From contig JAUCBJ010009099.1 of assembly GCA_032718475.1 (NCBI GenBank), forward strand, positions 16,612 through 80,611: 64,000 bases of DNA. The letters are read 5' to 3'. Position 1 is the stretch's first letter. Every line of letters begins with the position of its first letter. This DNA is from Nemertoderma westbladi. Lineage: Eukaryota; Animalia; Xenacoelomorpha. Of the stretch, positions 14,220 to 25,804 are shown piece after piece. The translations under genes were made by a program, and so were the position numbers. The notes under the pieces were generated by a model. That model saw nothing but the letters and a program-made list of their open reading frames with translations. It ran no database searches and was not told where the DNA came from.

Positions 14220-14681
14220 CTCGGCACTCCGTGACGTCTCTGCGACCCGTTGTGGCGGGGACAACGGCGATATCTCCCGCCCCCTTCTGCCCCCCAGGCA
14301 GCCCCCCAACTCGACTAGGAACCCCGACTCGTAAACCCCCCGATCCCTCCATATCTCCAGTAGTCTACTCAACGCCCCCAACGTCTTCGTATCCGCACCC
14401 CCACTAACATCCTCGAACGCCTCTAGCAACACGTCCCGGAACTCCTTACTGAACTCCTCCCCCTTCTTCTTACTATTCTGTATGACGTCATTAGACAGAT
14501 ACATGAGGGTGAGCTTCCGCGGCGGTTTGCAGAGTTTCAGCTCTTTGAGCCATACTTCGACGATAGTTTTGGCTCGTTTCCTGTGGTGAATCAGCCACAA
14601 AGCGAGAGTTTGTATGCTCTGCTGGGACTGAGTGAGTTCTGATATCTTCCTAGACAAAGCCGTCTCCGAGAAACTAGACAT
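14220..14681 (-). CDS. RPRD1B: RPRD1/CREPT-family protein, exon 1 (CID domain); spliced product about 333 aa
   Basis: MSSFSETAL...SQQSIQTLALWLIHHRK...LMYLSNDVIQNSKKKG is the CID signature. Donor GAG|GTGAGT at 14220/14219, phase 0. Confidence 0.93.
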
Positions 14682-14858
14682 TACGAGGAAAGAGTTAATC
14701 ACTATTGCAGGTTAATTTGCAGATTTGCGAAAAGCAAACTTTTCTTAGTTTCATTAATGTAACGTAGGTAAGCACTAATGCTTTGATAAAAAAAAGTAGG
14801 TACGGTTAAAAATAGTTGGCTGTCCGATTAGGCCTACCCGCAGTGCCGCAGTTGTGTT

Positions 14859-15191
14859 TTATCGCTTTTTAAACCCGTATTTTTTCCTCTCGTAGAACAG
14901 ATCGGTTTTCGCGCTGCCAAGGTTTATTATTTTCGGACAGCCGTCCCTATCCTTCTCCTGCGTGGAGCACTCCTTGCAGTAGTAGGCGTCGGATATCCCG
15001 GGCCCGCCGCAGATTATACAACGGCCCTGGTAGGAGCCGTAGTTACACTCGTCGCAGATTCGCACAAGAGACGAGGGTCGCACATACGAGTCGCATATAA
15101 CGCATTTACCGTCGCATTTCTCGCAGAGTCGTCCGATTGCAACTCCCGGTTGTTTGCGACAGAATATCAAATCAGGATGATGTTTGGCCAT
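14859..15191 (-). CDS. PHF5A: PHD finger-like domain protein 5A (SF3b subunit), 110 aa, intronless
   Basis: [39 protein letters not shown]...[16 protein letters not shown] is nearly identical to known PHF5A/Rds3. True ATG at 15191. Confidence 0.98.
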   Translation of the reverse strand: MAKHHPDLIFCRKQPGVAIGRLCEKCDGKCVICDSYVRPSSLVRICDECNYGSYQGRCIICGGPGISDAYYCKECSTQEKDRDGCPKIINLGSAKTDLFYERKKYGFKKR

Positions 15192-15887
15192 CAAACATAT
15201 AATTAAACATTTGTAGAGTTCAGTTCTGTAGTTCAAGTTCAGTCCTGCAGTCACAAGTCAGTCGGCCTACCCCAGTACGGTACCCTAACCCTACCCTACC
15301 CTATGTACAATTAAATGCGGAAATGTTGGGTTAGTCACACCACATTACTGTAATGTTAGATAAAAAACCGCAGTACCGACAGACCCGGAGACAGAGAGAA
15401 GCTGCAGGGAGCGGACTACAGGAACGGACAAAACTCTGATACAGATGTTGCCCCTGTCAGCCTGCAAGACTCTGTGATGTGTGAATTGACCTCGAAACTC
15501 AGTACACGTAGGTTCAGCATGTAATACCTACAGACTTATGGTGTTCCTGTTGATGATGTTGTACTGAGCAGCTGAGGCGTTGTACCGCAGCCAGATGAAA
15601 ATTAAATCGAATGTTATTATCAGATTATTGCAACAACGTATCCAAGATGATGGACCATGACACAATGATGGCAAAAGTAAAACATACAAACAATTGTTGA
15701 TACCACTTTCAAACCGCTGCCTTTTGTTGTGTAGTTAGATAGAAGATCGTATCGTCTACCCACAATTTCTAAGAGCCCCTGAAATAGATGACTGTATGAT
15801 GAGCGTGGCTCAACTATGGCAATAGCCATACTGTCTCGAATGTACTATTTGATTGGAATCTAATAGATGCTGTAAGTAAGAAATTTC

Positions 15888-16052
15888 GCACTGCTGTGTC
15901 CCTAGGCAAGACACTTTAGACATTAGTGCCTACACCAACCCAGCGGTATAATGGGAACCTGGCTTTGCTGGAGTAATGATAATAAAAGCGCTTTGAGTAT
16001 GCTGAGCGTAGAAAAGCGCTATATAAATAACCAATATTATTATATTATTATA
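15888..16052 (+). mobile_element. 5'-truncated SINE or L2-type 3' end
   Basis: GTGTCCCTAGGCAAGACACTTT core-like motif, AAGCGCTATATAAAT tail and (ATT)n end. Confidence 0.55.
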
Positions 16053-16308
16053 TACGGTTATACATGTAGAAACTGACGCAGATAAATTTGCATCAGTAGT
16101 TAAGTTATACAAGGTTTATTTGTAGAAGCTTCTGTATAATACTGTTCATCATAGGCTACTAATATATAGTATAAAATACTAAGATTTGCAACATACAGTA
16201 CTAAATTAATGCGGGATATTGTTCGTCTTTATTCTGTTAATTTTGTGCTATTCTCCCTTCGCGTTCAAGAGCAAGACGTTCGAACATATGTGATAAACAA
16301 GATATCAG

Positions 16309-17804
16309 GGGTGGTATGCACCAAGCGATCTAATTAGCCTGAACTATGTAACCTGTTCTAATTAGAACCAGCTCAGTCTAATCATTATGCACCAACTTTA
16401 GACTAGCCTAATTTCTAGTCGAATTAGAATATAAATATTAGACAGCTAATAGGTGTCTAATATTATAGTTTCTGCTCAGCCGCTGATATGTTTCCAATAG
16501 TTACTAGCCAAACAATCAACAGATTTAGTATTCTGTATTTAATTAGGTTGAGTAACGAGTGGACATTATACTGTATTGTACATGTACAATATACACATAC
16601 TGCAAGTAGAGTAAGCGGTAAGCCATACATAAAACTTAGCAAAAGAACTTTGAAAGAGTTTGATATTAGTGCAATACATTATTATGGGTGAGCCGAGCAT
16701 GTCAAATAATATTTTTATGTTTGTGAAAATGCTGAGAACATCTTTCAACTCGCAATTAACATTCGATTTCACGTAAAAACTATTTACCATAACGGTCATG
16801 GGAACAGCTCGCTACCCCCACTATATCGAATATCGGGCATAATCATTTAATGGCTGCTGTTAGGAACAAAGATAATTTGATACCTTAATCACTCAAAATC
16901 TCAAAGTTTATTGAGCTTATAGTGCTCAAAATATAAAAATTATAAAGTAACAGGCTGTTTATTACGGTGGCCCACAAACGGACACAGTTAATAAAGAAAT
17001 AACCTCAATTCGCGGCAGTTTAGTTTTGCCGTGAAATGTCGCAGCACGTTTAGTTTATGCCGTGAAATTATATTTCTGACTGGTTCATACATTTTGGAAC
17101 AAAAATCGATAGAGGAAAACTCTAAGGAAACTTCTACCTCTAACCTTTAATAATTAAAATTCACAACTGAAATCGAATGCCCATAAAAATCTGCTTAAGC
17201 TTAAAAAAATTAATTCTGAAAACATAAACCAGGAATATGATATTGTTTAATTCAAAATTTCATCAATTTATGAAAGATATAGGGACATAAATAGAGCCAG
17301 AATTTTAGCATGTTTTCAAAACTGTCTGCCACACATAGTATCAACATTCTGTTAATATTTTAGTCATTTTTCGAAGGTATTTATCCAACTAAAAACACGA
17401 ATAGCAAAAATCCCCATTCAAATATCGTAATTATCCGCAAAAAATGTGACGAATTTCTGATTATGCCCATATGGAAGGAAGCCACAATGTAAGAAACCAG
17501 CACCACACAATAACATCAGAGTTAGTTACTGTAGTATTAATTAAGGTAACACCCAAATAGTGCTAGACAGAGAGCCAATGATAAATCGTTAAAGAAATAC
17601 TGATCTGTGATTGGATTTTGATACAATTGGAGCTAATCATTGTATTGGTTCTTCCAGTCTAATCGAATTAGACTGAACTAGGAATAGAATAGACTGGAAA
17701 ATGTTGGTGCATATAGAAATTAGACTGATCTAACTCTAGACTGAGTCTACACTAATTAGTGAACTAATTAGACTCATTATATTCTAAATTGGTGCATATC
17801 ACCC
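16309..17804. mobile_element. PIF/Harbinger-like MITE
   Basis: CAG|GGGTGGTATGCACCAA ... TTGGTGCATATCACCC|CAG; 3-bp CWG target-site duplication. Confidence 0.8.
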
Positions 17805-18390
17805 CAGATATCACCTGTTCTAGAATTGCTACCGGTATGCGAAATACCAGTGCTAGTTTACAGTCCTCCAATCGTTAATACTGTCTTTATTGTTACAAAA
17901 TTAAATCAATTACTTTATTCAGTTATTTTACTTAGATTATTAAGCTATTCTACTATTTTTAAATATATGTCATCCTCATCATCACTTCATACATAGCAAA
18001 TATAAACCAAACATAATTTTAAGAATAAGTTGTTCAATATATTTGTTTTGAAGTTTTTACGTTACTAGAACAATTGTTACATAGTAGGAACTCTGATCCA
18101 CCTATTCTAAAGTAGTCAAGATAGAAGTTCTACATTCTATTTATAAATATTAACTAATGTAATAAACATAATTGATGGCGAATTGTCTATGGAAGCAGAG
18201 CACCACCATACATATTGTTTATTTAATTTTGTAATAAAGGTAAATTAAATAGCCTTTTCGTGAAAGATATTTCATTAAGACTTAACAACACTTAGTGTTG
18301 TTTGTATGTTATTGTGAAATAAGTCGAATTTTAATGAATAAATATTATCATATAATATAACGACCTGGCCTTTTCATTCACTTGCAGTCA

Positions 18391-18491
18391 TGGGCCGAAA
18401 TGTCCGGACCGAATAGTCCGGGCCGAATCGTCCGGGCCGAAACGTCCGGGCCGAAACGTCCTGGACCGAAACGACCTAGGCCGAAACGTCT
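18391..18491 (+). repeat. 14-bp tandem repeat GGGCCGAAACGTCC x7, likely a transposon subterminal repeat
   Basis: Read directly. Confidence 0.85.
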
Positions 18492-19219
18492 GTATATCAT
18501 ACGAATAGTAGGCCTCTCTCTGCTCTGTCATCAAAATTCCTAGTAATTTTAAAAGTTGAGTTGCTTGAAGACAATAAGGACTTTATAAACAATATATTAC
18601 AACCTGCAAGCACTCAACAGCCAAGAATCTATAAACTATAAAGAACTATAAAGATCTTGAGCTATCTTTAATTATTTAGGAGGAATACCAAGGAATTATG
18701 TTTCAACGCTCAGATGCTTTCAGCCATGCAAATGCGAGATGGGTGGCAAAATTACACTATTATTATCTCCTCATTAGGCATACTCTTTTTGCTCACCAAA
18801 GTCACCAATTTAACTGCTGGGAATTCAGGATAATGATATCTCTGAATTCAACATGGACTCTAAGAACGTATATTGTTTCTTGGTTTCAAGCGAGGTCACG
18901 TTTCAATGTCCCGGCAAACGATTAGAAAATTTAATTAAGTCTGATGCTCCAATTGACAGGTTAGTTTGGTCTTAATATTATAATTCTATAGAGGTAATCA
19001 TTCTAATTAGTTCTACTGTAATTTGGCGTAATTTATTTTTAGGGATTGTATAAAGTTTGCGCAGCTGTCCTTGCCCGGCACCAGTGGTACGATCTGCCTA
19101 ACTATTGTTATTACCATTGTTTGATAATAAGACAAACACTTAGAAGGAAGATGTGGAAAGAGCTATTAGGCCCACATCACAACAAAAGGAAGAGATCAAT
19201 TTAGGAAGACCATAATTGT

Positions 19220-19365
19220 TGTAATGCACCTGCAATGGGAGGTTCGATTCCTGTATGGTTCTTTGTGATAATGATGGTTGTCCCGCTGGATGGTATTCAC
19301 TTTCATTGTGTAAAGCTAATGAAAAAATCCTGAAGGAAAGTGGTGATGCGCTAAATGCCCTGGAA
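19220..19365 (+). pseudogene. Frameshifted PHD-finger coding relic, probably from a decayed transposon
   Basis: Cross-frame reading gives C-x-C...MVLCDNDGCPAGW/FHFHCVKL...PEGKW*CAKC. Confidence 0.55.
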
Positions 19366-20194
19366 CAAGATCAAAGAAAAGCAAAGCCTAAGGTGAATGA
19401 ATATCAGAAGGATCTTTTAGATGATGAAATAATTAGATGCGAGTCCTGTGGTGTTATAATTTTCGGTTCATGATCCCAAGTAGCAGAAGTCATCCACATG
19501 TTCAATCAAGTCATTCCTGGAGCTTATGCTTATACATTTCCTGAGGGCCGTCAAAGTTAACTGTCATTATGATCACTGACAATATAATAGTAATATAAAT
19601 CCCGTTATTGTTTAGAAGCTACTCCAAGTGGGCCTTCCAATCATTGAGGCTATCAGCTGGCGATTCAACCTTAACTTGGGTTGCTTTCCTACCAGTCAGC
19701 AGGTTTATCAATTGCCCGTGTAAGATTACTGAGTGCTGCATGACGGTTTTTGACCAGTTGTTTCTTTTAATAAGAATGCTGTGATTATAATCAGTGGGGG
19801 GTATAGATAGGTGTTGGGTTATATTTATTCCGATAATTAAGTGTCATATTTAGTAAGAAGGCCAAATAATTAATTATAAAGATTCAATATATTATTTCGA
19901 ATCATTTAATGTTTTGTAAAAATTACTTTCAAGGGAAGGATCACAAATATCTATTACACTTCGAGTTAATGGCGCATAATGACCACAAACATCATCAACA
20001 AACTATGTGTTAAATAAAATCCATTTAATTTTATTTAAAACATTACGGGAAAGGAGCAGGTTGTGTGGTGTTTTTTTTTAACCAAAACAATAAATAAAAT
20101 TAATTTGGAGAACACTTTTTTCAATGTCCGCCACTATCAGCACACTTGTATAGCAGGTTAGCCCAGGTTATTTGGTTGCAGAAAGGTAGAAGAA

Positions 20195-20746
20195 GGGTAT
20201 AGCATTTGATTACGCTCAAAAACCAATATTTTACTCTTCAATATCAGTATGGTATTCTTCAATATAAATATTGCGAGTAATATCAATAATATTACATCAT
20301 CGTGCAATATTATTAACGGTACATGTAATTCTATATATTCTATTGAGTATTTAATAATTAACATAAGTTCAATCAATATTGTGCAAATATTGATTCAATA
20401 TACAAACATATTGAATTAATATGTTGACATGTTGGCAACATATTGAGTTAATATTGGCACAAATTAATCAATATGTTCACAACATATTAATTAAATATCT
20501 TTTGTTCAGAATGTCAACATGTTGATTCAATATTTGCGAATATTCATTAAATATGTTTGTATATTGAATCAATATTTTTACACAATATTAATTGAATTTC
20601 TGTTATTGAATATACAATATTGAATTAACGTGTAAATATCGCATGATGATGTAATATTATTGATATTTCTCGCAATATTGATATTGAAGAATATTCTGAT
20701 ATTGAAGAGTGAAATATTGAATTTTGAGAGTAATCAAATGCCATAC
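20195..20746. mobile_element. AT-rich foldback element / MITE with long imperfect inverted arms
   Basis: GTATAGCATTTGATTACGCTCAAAA... mirrors ...TTTTGAGAGTAATCAAATGCCATAC; the arms extend over 200 bp. Confidence 0.8.
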
Positions 20747-21760
20747 AGGTACAGGTTATTTGGCAATACGATGACGATCGCCGTTACTTTACAAGCACAT
20801 CTGTTTCGTGCCGTGCCTCTCTGTTTTTTTTGCTATGCAATAAAATGACACTAAACCGTAATAGGAAAGGAAACTGATACATCGTTATTGTTAGGTTACT
20901 GGTGTTGTGTTATGCTATGGAGAGTGTAGAGAGGCGCTGCACCAGAGCGATTGTTGTGTTATTAATTTAGGTCAGTGAATGCTATATAGAAATGATTATA
21001 TTTAATAAATATATTTGTAGACAGATTTTTTTGGGGGGGGGGGGGGGGGATGTACCAGAATAATATTTCATGTAAATCATGAAATATTCAACGATCGATA
21101 CTAAGCCTGTTCTGGAATTGTCTCCATGGCGACATATTTATAAAATAACATACCTTTGAAAATTCCAATTTTATTTCGAGATACAAAAAGTTCGTGGAGA
21201 ACTTCCAACACCTTCTGTATAGAAACCGGTAAATAATCAGTTAAATAATCAAAATATAAACCAATTTAAACAAGAAAAATAAAAAGCCGACGAAATACCA
21301 CCAACAGCAACCGGTCTGATCAACTGTAATAATTACTTAGACACCACCAATCCGACAGTACTGGGACAATAATGGCCGACCAAACCATTAGGTACGACAA
21401 CATTAAAGTTGAACGTAACTGAACTTGTGAACTCAACAAATAAAACTGTTAGAATTTAATAAGTTGTAACTTAAAGTTACTGGGCAACAACAATAACAAC
21501 AGTTTTAACATTTTTATCAATCGTCACAATTCCAATGGCCGTAACACTGACGATGTAATAGTAGGTTAGGAAGTTAACCACGGATTCAGTCACAACTCCA
21601 TAACAGTACTGCATACACGGTTGAACTACTATCACCACCGGAATAGCTAATGAGTCACTCTGGTTAAATCTTTATTATGAACTAATACCGATTGCCCCCA
21701 TGTCTTGTATTTATAAACTAAAAGTCGATTCAGTTAGCACTAATGGGTTGCCGTAGCGAC

Positions 21761-22456
21761 CTATAGTTGACCGGTAAGATGGTCGATCTTTCCCCGGAGT
21801 TCTTCCCGTTTATTGCGATTGGCCTTCTCGTTGTCGAGGTACTGCGGACGCGTCATCCTCCCATTGGTCACCTTCTCGGCCAACCCAATGGCCTGCATTA
21901 CGACGTCCCGATACTCCATCTCCCGTCGTTGGATCTCGGCGACCGCATCCACGTCGGCCAGCCGCTTCGCCGTCTCCGCCAGTGTCGCATTCATCGCCTT
22001 CAACTCGACGTCGAGTTTCTTCCGGGCGTTCGCGAACGCGTTGGAATCCTTCGAGGATTTAAACTTGGTGACGACGGCGTCGTACTGCGAGTAGATCCCG
22101 ACGCGTTTACGATGGAGTTCTAGGAACTGATGGACGAGAGCTACGGCGCGCAGTCGGCTCTCGGACTCGGCGTCCTGGTGGATGGAGAAGTCGAGACGCA
22201 CGTAGATGATAACGAGGAGGAAGAAGACGTAGAGAGCCGTGACCACGATGATGGGCTCGTGGAGAAGGAGGATGTGGTTGAAGGTGTACGATATTTCGAG
22301 GTCCTGGATGTGGTTCTCCACGAGGTTGGTGTGTCGAAGCACCACAACGGGACGTCCCACCGTGTCCAGGTAGGTCTTTACTACCTCGTCAGGACGCCGT
22401 TCAACAGGGTAAGGGGTCGTTACCTCGATGTCTCCAACACGTTCTGGGAGAATGAC
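21761..22456 (-). CDS. RPN1: Ribophorin I (OST subunit 1), exon 2 (TM helix and cytosolic domain)
   Basis: Acceptor cctgccCAG|GTC gives VILPE...TYLDTVGRPVVV...EPIIVV...IIYVRLDFSI, in frame with ORF 21761..22360. Confidence 0.94.
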   Translation of the reverse strand, partial: VILPERVGDIEVTTPYPVERRPDEVVKTYLDTVGRPVVVLRHTNLVENHIQDLEISYTFNHILLLHEPIIVVTALYVFFLLVIIYVRLDFSIHQDAESESRLRAVALVHQFLELHRKRVGIYSQYDAVVTKFKSSKDSNAFANARKKLDVELKAMNATLAETAKRLADVDAVAEIQRREMEYRDVVMQAIGLAEKVTNGRMTRPQYLDNEKANRNKREELRGKIDHLTGQL

Positions 22457-22519
22457 CTGGGCAGGTAATTAATAATAGTACATTAGTATAGGGCCTAATT
22501 CTAATCTTTATAAATATAT

Positions 22520-24610
22520 CGATACACTTACCTTGTTTACCTCCAACCGATCCACTAACCTTGACCTCCAACCGATCCACTTACCTTGACCTCCAACCGA
22601 TCCACTATACTTGACCTCCAACCGATCCACTTACCTTGACCTCCACCAACCGATCCACTTACCTTGACCTCCACCAACCGATCCACTTACCTTGACCTCC
22701 AACCGATCTACTTACCTTGACCTCCACCAACCGATCCACTTACCTTGACCTCCACCACCGATCCACTTACCTTGACCTCCAACCGATCCACTTACCTTGA
22801 CCTCCAACCGATCCACTTACCTTGACCTCCAACCGATCCACTTCCCTTGACCTCCAACCGATACACTTACCTTGACCTCCACCAACCGATCCACTTACCT
22901 TGACCTCCACCAACCGATACACTTACCTTGACCTCCACCAACCGATCCACTTACCTTGACCTCCAACCGATCCACTTACCTTGACCTCCAAGTGTCCAAC
23001 TGATCCACTTACCTTGACCTCCACCAACCGATCCACTTACCTTGACCTCCACCAACCGATCCACTTACCTTGACCTCCACCAACCGATCCACTTACCTTG
23101 ACCTCCAACCGACCCACTTACCTTGACCTCCACCAACCGATCCACTTACCTTGACCTCCACCAACCGATTCACTTAAGTTGACCTCCAGCCGATCCACTT
23201 ACCTTGACCTCCAACCGATCCACTTACCTTGACCTCCAACCGATCCACTTACCTTGACCTCCAACCGATCCACTTACCTTGACCTCCACCAACCGATCCA
23301 CTTACCTTGACCTCCACCAACCGATCCACTTACCTTGACCTCCACCAACCGATCCACTTACCTTGACCTCCAACCGATCCACTAACCTTGACCTCCAACC
23401 GATCCACTTCCCTTGACCTCAACCGATCCACTTACCTTGACCTCCACCAACCGATCCACTTACCTTGACCTCCACCAACCGATCCACTTACCTTGACCTC
23501 CACCAACCGATCCACTTACCTTGACCTCCAACCGATCCACTTACCTTGACCTCCACCAACCGATCCACTTACCTTGACCTCCACCAACCGATCCACTAAC
23601 CTTGACCTCCAACCGATCCACTTACCTTGACCTCCAACCGATCCACTTACCTTGACCTCCACCAACCGATCCACTTACCTTGACCTCCACCAACCGATCC
23701 ACTTACCTTGACCTCCACCAACCGATCCACTTACCTTGACCTCCAACCGATCCACTAACCTTGACCTCCAACCGATCCACTTCCCTTGACCTTCAACCGA
23801 TCCACTTACCTTGACCTCCACCAACCGATACACTTACCTTGACCTCCACCAACCGATACACTTACCTTGACCTCCACCAACCGATCCACTTACCTTGACC
23901 TCCAACCGATCCACTTACCTTGACCTCCACCAACCGATCCATTTACCTTGACCTCCACCAACCGATTCACTTAAGTTGACCTCCAGCCGATCCACTTACC
24001 TTGACCTCCAACCGATCCACTTACCTTGACCTCCAACCGATCCACTTACCTTGACCTCCAAGTGTCCAACTGATCCACTTACCTTGACCTCCACCAACCG
24101 ATCCACTTACCTTGACCTCCAGCCGATCCACTTACCTTGACCTCCAACCGATCCACTTACCTTGACCTCCAACCGATCCACTTACCTTAACCTCCACCAA
24201 CCGATCCACTTACCTTGACCTCCACCAACCGATCCACTTACCTTGACCTCCACCAACCGATCCACTTACCTTGACCTCCAACCGATCCACTTACCTTGAC
24301 CTCCACCAACCGATTCACTTACCTTGACCTCCAGCCGATCCACTTACCATGACCTCCAACCGATCCACTTACCTTGACCTCCAACCGATCCACTTACCTT
24401 GACCTCCAAGTGTCCAACTGATCCACTTACCTTGACCTCCAACCGATCCACTTACCCTGACCTCCACCAACCGATCCACTTACCCTGACCTCCACCAACC
24501 GATCCACTTACCTTGACCTCCTCCAACCGATCCACTTACCTTGACCTCAAACCGATCCACTTACCTTGACCTCCAACTGATCCACTTACCTTGACCTCCA
24601 AACGATCCAC
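22520..24610 (-). repeat. Intronic minisatellite, units ATCGGTTGG(TGG)AGGTCAAGGTAAGTGG (25/28 bp), about 80 copies, each carrying AAG|GTAAGT
   Basis: Read directly; the unit equals the last ~17 nt of RPN1 exon 1 plus the first 8 nt of the intron. Confidence 0.97.
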
Positions 24611-25675
24611 CACGTAATCGTCGAACACATGATCCACCAGCCGGATCCGAAGACGATATTCGTTGTCCCGGGTAAAGAGGTACTGGTAGGTGGGCAGGTT
24701 GTAGCCGACGGTAAAGTGGGTCTTCCAACCCCCGAACAACGGAAACCGCGGACGAATTGTTACGTCCACGGAGTCGCTCTGCTCCCACAGATTCGACGTG
24801 GAGATGTTACCGATTTCGTCCCGGTAGTAAACGTCTTTCGCCAACGCCGGGAGAATCATCTTAAACTCCTTGAAAGCGGACAAGGTCTCCTGGGAACGTT
24901 GGTAGTCATAACGACTGAAGGTTCCTTTGAGAGTCGCTCCACTGTGCAGGAAGTTAAAGGTCTCCTCGACGGCGATGTTACCCCAGTGAGAGACTTCGAT
25001 GACGCGTTGCATATCAGTGATAGTGATGAAGGCTTTGTTGTTCTCGTAGTGGATGGTGAGAGGCTGATGGGAGAAGGGTTCTACATCTACGTAGGGACCG
25101 TATGTGATGAGGTTCTCTGATTGGGAAGTGGGATCCAGACGGGAGAATGTTTCAGTCTTCGTGGGGACTGGTAGATTGGCCGTGGTTGTTACTGACTTGG
25201 TTTTGTACGGAGAGTAGAAGTAGTAGTTGCCGGTGTATAGGACTAGTTGGCGTTCCGATTGACGGATGCTGGTAGGATAAGGGCGCAGGTTGTGGCTGTA
25301 AACCAAGGTCGCTTCTATCTTTGTCGAGTCGCCGGAGATTAGCGGCTTCTCCAAGGTCACCTCGACTCCGCTCTTATCTGCCTCGAGAGTTACTCGTTTG
25401 ACTGGAAGTTCCACGGTTTCATCGCCGTTGTCGGTTGCGGTCGCCCCGAAGAAAGCGAGATTCTCGTCCAGATTTGGATCTAAGCCCAATACGTAGGAGT
25501 CAGTTGGTTTAGAGCCGAGGTTCTCTATGGTGATGGTCGATGTTATCTTAACTAACTGAGAGGAGAGATCAATGGCCCGTTCCACTTTCCTGTTGATGAG
25601 ATTTTCATTATTGGGCAAACCGAAAACTAACGTGGAAGTTAGTCCAGCGCACAACAACAATTGCAGCATCATCAT
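24590..25675 (-). CDS. RPN1: Ribophorin I, exon 1 (signal peptide and luminal domain); spliced product about 593 aa
   Basis: Motifs IEVSHWGNIAVEE, YYRDEIGNISTS and RPRFPLFGGWKT. Donor AAG|GTAAGT at 24590/24589, phase 0. Confidence 0.96.
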
Positions 25676-25804
25676 GTTTGATAATAAAAAAGAGACAGAT
25701 AAGAGATAACACCACTAAAAATGTAACGTAGGCCTACTAATTGCTAGCTAACGTAAAACTTAATCCTGTAGCTGTGTAGTGTGTATGTGTAGTGTACCGG
25801 CTGA

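Noticed and set aside
22520-24590. CRISPR-like array
   Set aside because: Head-to-tail units with no unique spacers, inside a spliceosomal intron.
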